A stretch of DNA of 64,000 nt from Euglena gracilis (GCA_039621445.1 CP154954.1:7327425-7391424), one strand, 5' to 3'; numbered from the stretch's first letter, positions 12,365-25,306 are shown. Translations and numbers: made by a program. The notes: generated by a model not told the origin, from the letters alone.

Positions 12365-13391
12365 TCACTCTTTCTTTGCCTTCTTTCTTCTGCTCCTCCT
12401 TTTCGATGAAACGGTTCTTGCCCAGGTGCCATCAAGTTCTTCAGGAGTGTAGGTTTTTCCCTCCTCGATCATCTCCTCCTCATCTTTTTCTCCGTCGAGA
12501 AGGTAGGCCCACAGGCCCCATCTTGTACCTGGAACTGCACCTTGGGGAAGTTCAAAAATTGGAGCCACAGCTGTATAGTAGTACTTCTTCACAATGTGGG
12601 GCTGGAGATCCTGCCAAAATTCCTGATTCCTCCAATCTGGACAAACGAGCACCACCCTGGGTTTGTCTTGCTTCAGCTTTTTAATCACCTCTGGGAGCCT
12701 TGAAAAAGGGGGATTCATCCAAAGAATCTTTCCCTTTGGCCACTTCACAGCAAATGCATACAAATGCTTTCCCCCTGGAACCAAACCATTCCTCAAACTG
12801 GTGGTTAAACTCATCAGCAAAACAGTCCACTTGGGGGGTTACCTGCAACCTTAGCATGATGTCGTTAAGGAAGCTTTTCTTCACACTGTACTTCTCAGAG
12901 GTCCACTTCTCAGATCCTTGAGTTTGAGTTGCGACCACTGAAATTCCCCACCTCAGGAGCCACTCCTGATCCACACAGGGGGCATCAACAGAGGAGGTAC
13001 TTCTGTTGAGTGGCTTCAGCAATTCTCCTTCCTCGGCATTCTTTCTGACCTTTTGCCAATTCTTCTTCTCATGATCTTTGCACAAATCACATTCACAACC
13101 AGCTTGAAACATACCATACATCTCCAGTGAAATGGGCTTGGATCTTCTCAATCTTCTGGCCATAAAAACTGTCAAACATTCTCCCATGAACAATTCCCCA
13201 AAGTGACCAGGATAATCATCTGGACGTTGATCATCTGGGTTCTGGGCCAAAACTTGCACATGTCTGATCCAGTCCCCTTTGCCATTTCCATTGACATTTC
13301 GAATGTCAGCTGGAGTGTCACGCCAGATCTGAATCCGACTGTGCTCTCTGGTCACAGAAGCCTGGGTGCTATGCACACCCTCGTCCACCAT
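12365..13391 (-). CDS. Dam-like (phage/DIRS-type) DNA N6-adenine methyltransferase, one +1 frameshift near 12780
   Basis: Reads YSVKKSFLNDIMLRLQVTPQVDCFA (SAM-binding motif region), WFG/PGG..AFAVKW, ILWMNPPFSRL (catalytic NPPF) and VVLVCPDWRNQEFW. N-terminal CECDLC; C-terminal KRRSRRKKAKK. Removing one base in GGTTCCA joins ORFs 12681..13445 and 12365..12820. Confidence 0.85.
13378..13390 (-). promoter_or_regulatory. Primer-binding site, probably tRNA-Ala
   Basis: TGGTGGACGAGGG abuts the 5' LTR. It is complementary to a tRNA 3' end ...CUCGUCCACCA, as in yeast-type tRNA-Ala (recalled, not searched). Confidence 0.75.
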
Positions 13392-13673
13392 GTTGCGATT
13401 CCGGGGGCCAACCCCTTTCTGAGGTCCTTTGGAATCTTTTATCACTGCAGTGCAACTTTCTTCTGTAACCTTGCAAACGCCCTCAGAGCTGGGCCCGGTC
13501 CCTTAAAAGGACCTCTCGCAGGCCAAAATCGATCTTTTCAGTAAAATCCTTCGCCAGTTCCAGATATAATATCTCAATGTGTTGCAGGCATTTTGCACAG
13601 TGAATTAGGATTGGCCAGTCCTACCCAGAGCGCTAACATACAGAAACAAGCTGGCCGCCAGGTACAGCTTACA
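13391..13673 (-). repeat. 5' LTR (283 bp, TGTAAG...CAACA)
   Basis: Direct repeat of 11777-12059 with about 10 substitutions counted by eye; canonical TG/CA ends. Confidence 0.92.
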
Positions 13674-16477
13674 GGGGGTGCTGCTAGCCCTAGCGGCAAG
13701 CCCCTTATTGGGGGTCCAGCCCAAAATGTTTCGGCGCAAAGCGCCGAAATTTTTTGAAAAGCTGCGTTCAATAGTGGCCAAAAATGGGCTTTGCGGGGCA
13801 TTTGGGGCATTTTGGGGGGTTTAAGACGCACGGTTTTTCAAAACTGTGTTTTGCAGGCCATTTTTGGGCATTTTCCGATTTCAGTCCAGCCCTCCCCGGT
13901 TCGCCCTCTTTGTCCATTCCTCCCCCATCCGCTTTTTTGGGAGTCCGAGGCACGGACCTCTGGGCTGATGAACAGTGCAAGTAGAACTTGATCAACCTTT
14001 CTTACCCTACCCAACTGCATTTTTGGTCGGCAGCGGAAAATTTTCGGGTCCCCAAACCCCCACTCCAGATTTCCGCCCGGAATGTTGAGCAAGGAACGGG
14101 ATCCTGAAATACGGGCGAACCTACCTCCGGAGACAAAACAAACGCGCTGTGAGATGTACCCCAGCAAAAAACACACCATGAACTAACCGCCGGCACAAAA
14201 AAGCAGTACTTCACCGCGCCCTTGTGCCTCGCCCTCCTGGTCATTTCCCTTTCCCCGGAGTGCCTTACCCCCACCCCAGCGCGCCAAAGCAATTCGTACT
14301 TCCTCGAGGCAAGCCGACAAGGAAAAACAGGACACCGAAGGCGAAGCACAAAGACATTAAGAGGCCATGCCTTGCTCGCCTTTTGCCGGCAAGCAAGGCA
14401 TGGCCTCACAATCAGGCTCCCCCGGGGGGGGTCCTTAAGCAATCGGCTAGACACTGGAAAAAGGGGACTAGCTAGACCCCCTCCCCCCCGGGGGGGGGGG
14501 GTCCGGGGGTCCCCCGGACTGGAAAAAAAATTTTCCTCCGGCGCTGCGGGTGAGGATGAGGTTTTTAATAGGTTTTTGGCTGAATTTGTTCCAAAAATTT
14601 CCAAAAATGGCCAAAAACGGGCATTTTTGGCCATTTTTGGGGGTGCCAAAAAAAATTTCGGCGCTTCGCGCCGGTCACTGTTAAAAAATTTTCCACTAGC
14701 TAGCCCTGCTAGCAGACCCCCCCCCGGGGGGGGGGCTGCTAGAAAACCCACTAGCCAAATTTGGACTAGCTGCAGTCCAGCCCCCCCCCCGGGGGGTACT
14801 GCAATCCCTTAAGCAAATGCCTGCTCACAATGGCGGAGCCCGTGGTGTCCACAACACACCGCAGGCGAGCACGGCGTTGAAAAGGTCAAAGGCGTTGAAA
14901 AAAATGAAAACAAATTGTGTGCGAAACGATGTTTTTTGGCCTCCCGGATCCGGAAAAAGCTGTTTTTGAGCCGAACTTTGCACCAAAAACATCCACCCCA
15001 AACGTCCCCCACATCCACCCACACATACCCGCAGACGCCCCACTTTATGCCATTTGTGAAAAAAAAAACCAAAAGACGGAAGTGCGGAAATTTTGCCCAA
15101 ATCAAAAACGTAAAAAACCCACAAAAAACGCTTTTGGCCTCTCTCTGCCCTGGGTCGGCAGGAAATGATGGTTTCAGCACCGAAGCATGCACTGATGGGG
15201 ATGTCTTGCCTTGGGGATGTCACGTTGAAAAAAGTATGTAATGCCAAAAGCATAATAAAAAAAAAACAACGAAGGACAGTCTGCAAGCTGCAGCAAACGT
15301 TCAACGCGGGGAACAAAAATAGGGAGAGAAAATGCTGCCACTTTCATACAAGGTGAAAGACATGCACCAGGAAAAAATCATTCTGGTATATGGCATGGGC
15401 AAAAACATCTTTCGGTGAATCATCAGAACTTCATTTTCAGAACAATTTTGACAGCATTGTATTTTTTCTGAAATAGGGTAAGTGGTTGTTGGTCAGGATA
15501 TAGGGTTTGGTTAGTCAATGGTCTGTTAGGGTTCATTAGTGTAATGGTTAATGATGCAATGGGGTTGGGTTGGTTTTCTTCAGGCCGAAATTAGGCCATT
15601 TTTAACCCGAAACGCGATTTGAAATGTGGCAAATATTTTAGTCCAACATTAGTTTCGGGGCCAATGAACCAAAGCTGGAAGAATTGAAACAGTTACCGAA
15701 CTAATTAACCCCACATGAGTGGACAATCTCTGGGAGTCCGTTTATCGGGTAGCTGTAAATTCTTTTTCATGGCTCACTAACCCTAAGAATTTTCCACAGA
15801 AACGTTTTTGGAGATTATGAATTTTGGGATGAATTGAATCATGAGTTACTCTTTTCCGAAATCATGTACTCCTGTGTTAAAAGCAGTTTATAAATGCCGA
15901 ATATTGCAGTTTTTCAGGATACTAACCCATATCACGAAACAAGCTTCGGCACATAACCAACATCTAGTATGCCGTTGCCAACTTTCTCTTGATCAATCAA
16001 AATGGGGACATACCTTTGGCTGCGAATTTTCAAACGATACAAATTGAGATTCCAAATCACATTTGTAGTTGCAATAATATAACATTCAATACTCGATGAT
16101 GTGCAAAACTGTGGACAATTTCTGTGATGCATTTGCTCAAAAGACAAACAGCAAAACTCCATCGAAAAAGATGTGGGAATTGTGATCACAGAAGGAATGG
16201 AGTAAGCATCTGGTCAAATTTGGGAGTTGGCATCTCTGTTCAAATCCTGGCCACCTGGTCACCACTTTAAGCAACGCATTGGGGGCTGGGAGAATCGCCG
16301 AACCGGCGTCTACACTAGTTCTGCCATAACAGCCCCCGCATACAGGGAAAGGAACATCAGGGGCAGAGTGCCCAGATGCGGGCAGGCAGTGAGTTTGAGT
16401 TTGAAAAAGCTTGAGGTGTTAAAAAGAATGGTTGAGAATTATGCAAAAGAAAACTGTTCTACAAAGTTGCAAAGAAA

Positions 16478-16895
16478 ACCTGCCCCCAAAATTTAAACAA
16501 CAGCTCCAAAATTAAGCAACCCCAAATTTAAGCAACCCTTGAGGTCGAACCGACCAATACCCAAATTTAAGCAACCGCCAAATTTAAGCAACCACCAGAC
16601 TTCAGCGCAAAATCCAAATTTATGCAACCCCTGAAAATGCAGTAAAATCAAAGGTATATTAAGAAAATTATCCAACCATCCAACCAACCAACCATCAAGA
16701 ACACAAACATCCAAATTAGCAAATTTGCACATTTTTGGGAGGGTTTGAAAACAAAACCTTTTCCTCAAAAAATGTGTCCTGTATTGAAAAAAGAGATTGT
16801 GTTGTTGACCAAGTCGTCCTAGTTTAAGTAACCCTTCGGCCAACACAATGAAACCCAAATTTAATCAACGGGTTGCTTAATTTTGGGGGTGGGTC
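16478..16895. repeat. MITE-like repeat with AAATTTAAGCAACC units
   Basis: Several AAATTTAAGCAACC copies, with an inverted end GTTGCTTAATTTTGGGGGTGGGT. Confidence 0.55.
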
Positions 16896-17029
16896 AACCT
16901 TCCACTAGACCCCCATCTGAGGTCCACTGGTATTTCCACTTGCAAAAATTAGACACTGTGCAGTCGAGTCGACCTGGGGGGAGGGGAAATAATGCGAACC
17001 CTTAAAAAAAAGAGCGAAATGCGAACCCT

Positions 17030-20000
17030 TTAAACAAAAAGAGAACCGTCACAGCGAAAAGAGGGGAGTGCGGGTACACAGCCTGAGTGCGAGAGGAGCA
17101 CCCCTACCATGCGGCCCTTTGGCCCGCTGCGGGAGTAGCCAAAGCCATAGAGAAAGCGCGACAGCACCCAGACGAGGCCGAACGCTGCGGCAGCTTTGGC
17201 CGGAGACCACACTGCCCTCCTTTCCTCCCTTTTCAACCACTGTGCTATGTATGAACTCACATGGCTTTCTTTGTCCTCCCAGACACTGAACCCCGAAATG
17301 AAGAAACACATTGCACATTGTTTCCAGTCGAATGATGTGCAACCATCTGAAGCGCACCAAAATAACTGGTCATAGGCATGGAGGGGGTTCAGACTCCAAA
17401 ATCCTTCGTCAGGCCGGCAGTCAGCTCCTGGACCCCAGCTCCTGGACCCCCCCTCAAGAGAAAATATTGGTGTGAGGGTTTGGGCAAAAAACCCTAACCT
17501 CTTGGCAGTGGAGGGAAATATAAAAACACATCTGGGGGTACACTTGTGAATTTCCTCACAAATTGCACCGCCATCAAACATCAGCGGGCAGACACATCTG
17601 GGTTGTATCATGTTACTGCAGCCTCGCTGGGGAACAGCAAGCCGTCCACCACCATGAGAATTTGAATGGGCGCCCAAGACTCCAGGGTGTTGCTCCCAAG
17701 GCAGCCTGGGGCTTGGGGGGGGGTGAGCATGCCAGCACATACACCCAGGACGTTTCAACATGTGATGCTGCGGGAACAATTGGGGCAGATGAGACCGAGC
17801 ACTGAACGATACTCCAAACCTTGACATTTCAAAAATTGTTCGTCCGTGTGATCAATAGATTAGCATATTGCCAAAATTAAACCACTGGTGAGGATTAAAA
17901 TTAGAGTCAGGGTAAAGAAAAGGGTTAGGGTTAGGGAACAGCATTCACAGGGGCAAACACCGCCATACACTTTTTCAGACAATGGGGGGTGCAGGTTTGC
18001 AGAACACCTCGTTTTTGTGGACGCTGGTCTTGCCTTAGAAGCCACCAGGATTAATAAATTTTTGTGCCATTACGCAACATGCCAACTCAAAACATCTGGG
18101 GTTTATAAATCAACAATTCAATGATGGCCCAAAATAACCACAAAACGCCTCAAATTGGCAATTTTTTTTGGCAAATTTGGTCAAAAAATGACTTTTTTTT
18201 TGATGATGGTCGGTCTCAAAAAGTTGCCAAAAAGCCAGTTTTTGGGTGGTTGTGGCTGAAAACAAATTCCCGGTGGTTTTCCTTTTTCTTCCCCAGCATT
18301 CCCCAGAAGCGCAAAATCGGGGTTTCGATTGGTTGAAAACTCTGCAAAAGTAACGAGACATCCAACACACACAAAAACATCAACAATCAAAGGGGATTAT
18401 CTGCGCACGAGATGCAAAAAATCTGAATGGTGAAAAACTTCTCCCATGAAACCACGCAATATCCCAATAGCGTGCTGAAAAACAACGCAAATTCTTGAAT
18501 TCGCGAATTTTCGCAACCGAGATGACCGAGATGGCTTCCCAAAAGAAATCAAATCTTCATCTTAACATGACACGAAGCATGAAAAAAAAAAACGGTTAAC
18601 CCAAAAAATGATGGAATTTCAGGCTTAGAGACACAAAAAAACAAAAAAAAAAACAAAACAAATAAAAAAAAAACAAAAAAAAAAAAACAAAAAAAAAAAA
18701 AAAAGAAACAAGAAAGTTTCACGCAACGGACCCAAAACAAACCCCCAAAAATATTTGGGTTCGGCTTCATCTTTATCAAATTTGATTAAAATCAGCATTT
18801 TTCAATGGATAAGAAAATCTTCAACAGGAAAATAAACAGCTGTATGTAAGTTTTCATTTCCTTGAATTGTGTTTCAGGTGAGTTCCCCAACAAAATGACA
18901 AAAACATGTCCAGGACCAATTCAGGGGAGGAGTTTCCAGAATCAAGACTTTCCCCACACCATTGCTTACCGACCGGGGTCACTTTCCAATTTCAAAAAAA
19001 CCAGTCATTCACTATTCAAAAAAAAACCCCGGGAGGTCGGTCACTTTGGCCACTCGGGCCAAATGGCCTAAACTCAATGGATTTTGGCCAAAAATACAAA
19101 ACAAAGTGGCCTTCGGTGCCGGGTTGCCTGCGCTGAAGGCCAAGCCACCTTTGCCTTTCCTGCCCTTCCTGCCATTCCTGGCCGACCCTAATCCTGGGGA
19201 GGTCTGGAGCCAAAAACCAGTCAGTCACTCCAGTCACCCCCAGGGGGGGGGGGTCGGACACACCTTAAGCAATGGTATGCCCCAGATCCCACTCGTCAGG
19301 CAAGGAGCGTGTGCTACGGACTCTGTCCCGTCCAGGGGGGGGGGTCGGACCCCCCTTTCCCTCCTTGGGGAGTGAGGCCACAAACAGCCGACCTGTCTCC
19401 GTCCCTCCTGTAGAACAAAACCCACCAAAAAAAAATGCCAAAAAAAAGAACTAAATGGAACCTGTCCCAACTGATTGGTTCAGTAACAAGAATTGCCTTC
19501 AATGTCTCAACACATTTAATTATTATTTTCTTTGTGGGCATGTTTTCTTCTTCAGACACTTTCACCTGGCGTTATCACGTGACTTTAATATGGCTCTTTA
19601 AAATATGAGCAGGAATAAACCCTCTCCCTAACCATCAAACTGACTCAATTTCAACTCAATTTCAATTCTTGACACTCAACCTCTCATGCTGTGCTGATCA
19701 CTGAACGAGAAATCAAAAGGCGAGCTGATGACCAACACACAAGAAAAAAATCGAACTGGAACTTCGAGTTTGCCCTGATTTTGATGTGCCCGCTGCACGG
19801 AATTGAACTTGTCATGGTCCTTGTGGTCCTTGTCACCGGCACGAGTTCGCACAACCCATCAAATCACCTTCAGAGACGCTTTATTGGGAGAAATTTCTGT
19901 TCTTTGACCTTTGATGACTGCTCAAACGTTCCACTAGCATCTGTGTTTCACCCCTCTTTCCTAACTAAAAACAGAAACCTCAATAATAATGCAGTTTCAG

Positions 20001-20647
20001 GCCTGTCCCATGCTTGCATTTTGGTTTGCAGACTATGGTAGCTGCTGGGTGAAATTTCTCCGCCACTTGGACAGATTTATCAATTTATTTTTCTCCTTCT
20101 TTTTACAAAACCTTTTGAGGAATCTCCAAAACTTATGTATGTATATGTATATATACACGTATACATATATATGTATATATGTATATATATGTACATATAC
20201 ATACATATACGTATATATGTAAACCCCCCCACTTACTAACCCCCCCCCCCACTTACTAACCCCCCCCACTTACTAACCCCCCCCTCGGGCCGACCAACCA
20301 AACCGGGACATATAAACCCCCCCCCTTCGGGGAAAGAAAATGAAAGCCGCCGGGGCCGATTTTTTTGGCCTCAAACCACCCAAAAACTGATTTTTGGCCC
20401 TTTTTTTGAGATCGACAATCATCAAAAATGCTATTTTTGACCAAATTTACCAAAAATTGCCATTTTGAGGGGGTTTTGGGGTCATTTTTGGGGTTCGGAT
20501 TTTCACCAACAATTCCGGGACTTATAAACCCCCCCCCCACTTACTAACCCCCCCCCTTCGGCCGACCAACCAAACCGGATCCTACTAACCCCGGGGGGTT
20601 TATAAGTGGGGGGGTTTACATATACACACACATGTGTGTATGTACAT

Positions 20648-20698
<51 letters not shown>

Positions 20699-20705
20699 CA
20701 CATAC

Positions 20706-20789
<84 letters not shown>

Positions 20790-20791
20790 GC

Positions 20792-20851
<60 letters not shown>

Positions 20852-21877
20852 GTATACGTATACATATACATATCCATACACACATATACATATACATACA
20901 CACATACGTATACATGACATATACACAAATACATATACATATACCTATACATATACACACACATATATAAGAGCGTTGATGCGCTGCCATGATAACATGT
21001 GGGTGGGGAGTGGCAGAACATGAAATGTTTTCCAACATCGCTGATGCTCGTTCGTGGGCAGCGTAAAGCGTTGGGTACGGTACCTTGTACTGCTTGCGTG
21101 CTCTGACCACAAGGGCCATAAGGTAGATATTCAGGATATGATGCAACTTCTTCCCACACGAGGGAGGGGGGCTCAAACTTCAGTGCATATTTAATTTAGA
21201 CCCAAATGTTTAGACCCAAATCTTCATCCATGCTGGCACTTTTGAAACAAAATGCCCCAAATTCGTTCAGTATCAAAATAAAAAGCAGGGGCAAAAAGGC
21301 TTCAATGTTTTTTGCAGACTCCTAAAAATGAACAAACTTGTTACAAATGAGCCGTCGACACAGGATGCACGCATGTGTGTGTTTATGTGCGTGCATGCAT
21401 GAACATTTGTTAGTCCAGGAGACATCTGTTTCTTAGACGATCAAAATGTTTTCGATACAAAGCCAGCAGCGCAGAACATGGCAGGTAGGGAAATCTCCGG
21501 ACCCTTTGGGATCAAGGAATAGGGGGATATGGAGACGCCCCCCACCTAAATAGTCGCATGACCCATCTTTGGACAGTTGCAAATGCGAGCACCCCCCTCT
21601 ATGGGGTCCGGTTCTGGACCCAACTACCCCCGCTGGGTGGGGGGGTCTTCTGAGTTAAAAAAAAAAACCCTGACAAGACAGTGACAGGCGAGTGGGGGTG
21701 GTCTGGACACCTTGGTCAAGGATGGACATCTTTATATCGAACCTTTTCTTGTTTGCACAAAAAGAAGGGCTAGGAGGGTTTTTTCAAAACAAACTCAAGC
21801 AGTGGCATCCCCAGGAACCATGACAATCCAATCACCAGCAACACATAGCCGAAATCTTTTGGGATGGGGACGGACAT
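17030..21877 (-). CDS. MAPEG family / microsomal glutathione S-transferase 3-like, paralog B (5 exons)
   Basis: Exons ~21877-21812 ([22 protein letters not shown]), ~21131-21060 ([24 protein letters not shown]), 19834-19781 ([18 protein letters not shown]), 17691-17629 ([21 protein letters not shown]) and 17197-17030 ([22 protein letters not shown]..). The MAPEG motif FNxxQRAHQNTLE is restored by splicing. The extreme C-terminus may be frameshifted. Confidence 0.88.
20219..20619. mobile_element. MITE-like element inserted in a TA-rich microsatellite
   Basis: TIR GTAAACCCCCCC(C)ACTTA / TAAGTGGGGGGGGTTTAC, internal ACTTACTAACCCC repeats, TA/TACA repeats on both sides. Confidence 0.7.
20620..20968. 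repeat. (CATATA)n microsatellite
   Basis: Directly visible. Confidence 0.95.
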
Positions 21878-24821
21878 TGAGGGGGATACGGATCCTGGGA
21901 GAAAGGAGACAAATTATGGAAGCTGTGTTTGTTTGTGCATGGCGAAAAATGAATGACTCCGACCGTTAAAATGAAACTTTGATCCTGTTATTTTGTTACG
22001 CTTCAACTCACTGTTCATTTACAAAAAAAATGTTATATGGGGGAAAATACATTTTTAGATTTCAAAATGAAGGCATAAGAAACAAACAAATTTGAAAACC
22101 TGCAAAATTGATATAAAACAATGTGTTTCCTCAAAATTTGCAGTTCTGTCACAATAAATAAAGACTGTAATTGTGGCAATAACCCTAACCCCATCCATTA
22201 CGGACCGCAGTAGGAGTATTTTGAGGTTAAGATGAGAGATTCATTTAATGACCTCGGGCCAAAAAGGGTTTTTGGCCCTTTTCCTGGGCCAAAAATCCAC
22301 CACCCAACTTTTTTTCTTCAAAAACCCACCCACCCAAAACCCCCTGGGGGCTCTACCCCCACCCACCCACCCACCTACCCAAAACCACCCAGAATCACAC
22401 CAAAGGCCTTCATCCGAGCTGGACTGACAAATGCCACACCCAACCCCAGGGAGTATAAAAAAAAACAACTCTAAGCACATTCAAGGGAAAGATCACCGAA
22501 AAAAGGGTCATGTAAATTTCAAAAAAAATGGGTCGACTTCGGGGAAGAAGTCACATCTGGCATCCTTGGACCATCGCCCATCCACCCAGACGTCAAAAGA
22601 TATATTTTTCGACATCTTGTCTTTCGAGTTCGACCCCTGGACCGGCAGTTGGCTGCTTAGGGCGGTGTTCAAGGGGCGGTCGTCATGGGGGAGAAAGAAG
22701 GGACCCCCCTGGTCCGGAACCCCTACGCATGGGGGAGTCCTGACTCTCTCTCTCTCTGATCAAGCAAAAGAGGGACACACCGTGACTCCAAACCATGGAT
22801 ACCTTGACTTGAACGAAACCCTCCCCTGGGGGTTCTCCTCAAATCAGGCCCTGCCTTCCAGATTGACCGGTCTGGCCAGCAAGAAATCCCAATCAGTTGA
22901 TTTTAACGCTGTATGGGTCGGCTGCGTTTCAGATCGCATCGCAGGACCCAGACGCAAGCGTAGAGGCGAAAACAGAGACGAACCATCTTCACTGCAAACA
23001 CAAATAGTCTGCCAACGGTCAGCCTGATCACTTGCGTGGCGGGCCGTACCAAGAATTTTTGAGTCCAACCCTGGGAGGAGGCGGTCTAAGCACTCAATCT
23101 ACCAACCCAGGGGGATCCTGGGGAGGCTTTCAATATCTGAGAAGATTCAGTACCCCCCCCCCCCCGAGCAATTGACGCCCCCGGGAAATTGACGCCCCCG
23201 GGCAATTGTCACCCCTAGCTGTGCCGGCCAATTTTTCACCCCGGGAAATTGTCACCCCCCTCCGTGCTGCCCATCTTCTCGCCGACACGACAGCCAAATG
23301 GGTTTAGTGTAAGATGGCACTGGAATTGCATTTGAAGGCTTTCAGCATCTGAGAACGTTCATACCAAACTGAAAACAAATAGAACGTATCAGACCAGACT
23401 GATTCCCTGCAGTGTGTTCAAAAGAAAAAAAGAAAAATAATCTTAAAAAAGGGACTCTTGAAATACCTCCCACCCAACTGCCGCACGTGCAAAAATGAAG
23501 AAAAAAAGTCGCAACTGGGCGGCATGGAGAAGGGGCTACTCCCCAGAGAGTGTGAGAACTTCCTGGGAGGGCTGAAACCATGGTTTGATATTGTGGGACA
23601 AAGGCAAATTTCAGCTTGACAGGGCAAACAATTGAGGGGCAGCAATCAACAATAACCCCCCCAAATTTCATATGATTATTATACCCGCCCCCCCCTCCTT
23701 GTCATACGACCGGGTTCCTGCAACCTGTGACCGGGGGGGGGGGGGTGGTCGTAACCCCCATAACCTGCAACCTGCGACCGGGGGGTGGTCATAAATGAGG
23801 GGGCGGTCGTAGGTAACGTGGTGTTAAATTTTTTCGCAACCTGCAACCTGTGACCGGGGGGGGTCATAACACCCCCATGACCTGCAACCGGTGACCGGGG
23901 GGTGGTCGTAAATGAGGGGTGGTCGTACGACTGGGGGGGGGGGGTAATTCATAAGGGAGAAATTAGGCCCAAATTCAGCCTAACTTTGACCGAAAGCGGT
24001 TCCACCAAAACTCCACCCCATTTCAAAATTACAAAAAAAGTGAGATATTGCCGGAAGACTGGCCTTAACTCTAACTCTATTCCCCTGAAATAACCCCAAC
24101 TTTCCGAATTCTTTCTGGGTGGAACTACAGGGCCCTTCCCCTTGGATGAACTGCATGCCCCCCGTGGATGGCACAGGCTCAAGCTGAACAATTTATTTTG
24201 TCAGAAAAGGTTGCCTTTTGCCTTCGCCTCAGACCATAAATTCACTCAGTTCACTCAGTGACTCCCCGGGTGGGGGGACTTTTTTCCGGGCCCAAACCCA
24301 CCCACCCACAATCCCCCCCCCTCCCCCAAGAGGGTCAACCACCCATCCAATCAAATCCAGCCAAATACAGCCAAAAACACTAAAAACATTTACTGGCCCA
24401 GCCTTTTGGTCGGGCAAAAACCTGACCCATGGTGCACCCCATGGGGGCCCGGGGCCCAACCCACCCATCCACTCCCGAAAACCCCCTCGGGGGAGGGCTC
24501 ACACAGCTGTTAAATGAATGATACTTTTCAAAATCTATTTCTGTCTGGCATTTAAATTTGGTAAACAAGGGGCTCTACATTTTTGAATTGTTTTCACAGG
24601 CGGAGTTCATATTTGGGGTTGTCCCAGGAGGGTTACGGTCGGAGGATCTTGTTTAAGATCCTAAAAATAAACAGCAAATACCTTGAATATAGTGTGCCCT
24701 GTGAACTCCCCTTTGCTGTGCAAGTCTTCTGACACACAAATGCCTTATGCAAAATGCCAAAAATACAACCACAGCCATATGGCATATAGCACTTAGCACA
24801 TAAATGTATGGTGTATGGCAC

Positions 24822-25068
24822 TAACCCCCCCGTAATAGAAGCACGGGGCCGCTACAAGCGCAAGGTCCAAATAAAAGCGCACCCCCCGCCGCCGAAGGCG
24901 GCGGTCCGCTACAAGCGCACCCCCCCCCCATTTTGATGGGATTTCTAAAGAAAATCAACCGACAACAAATCGCGCAGATAGGGTCCAAATAGAAGTGCAC
25001 CCCCCGCCGCCGGAGGCGGCGGTCCACTATAAGCGCACCCGTGCTTCTATTAGGGGGCGGGGGGTTTA
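24822..25068. mobile_element. MITE-like element
   Basis: Inverted ends TAATAGAAGCACGGG / CCCGTGCTTCTATTA, with internal CCGCTACAAGCGCA repeats and GCCGCCGAAGGCGGC hairpins. Confidence 0.65.
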
Positions 25069-25306
25069 ACTACAGTGATATGGCGGATGGCACTATCTCG
25101 AAATATTTTGAGGTTGTTGTAAGGATGCCTCCCTTTGCGGGGCCGCCCTTCACAACAATCAGGTAAAGGATCGCCGGCCTGAAAATTTCAGACGTTGCTT
25201 GATTCAACTACCCCAGGTTGCATTCACCGCCACAAGCCTTGACCCAATAGATGAAATTGGACGCTGCAATATCCAACGGTGGGAAAAAAATTCCTGTGCT
25301 CAGCCT

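Larger units (their letters stand above)
11777..13673 (-). mobile_element. Small non-autonomous LTR retrotransposon (1897 bp) carrying a DNA amino-methyltransferase ORF
   Basis: 283-bp direct repeats at 11777-12059 and 13391-13673, with TG..CA termini on the 5' LTR. A PBS follows the 5' LTR directly and a PPT precedes the 3' LTR directly. GGGGG lies on both flanks (possible TSD). No gag/RT/IN is recognisable inside. Confidence 0.9.

Noticed and set aside
20503-21023. Long ORFs of YI/MY/HI/CI repeats (also 54260-55780)
   Set aside because: Translations of microsatellites.
22520-23100. Coding-like stretch (similarly 15850-16200, 30320-30850, 32560-32790, 36840-37090, 45610-46010, 53560-54050)
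   Set aside because: Possibly decayed transposon ORFs or unassigned exons, but no motif could be recognised to support a call.
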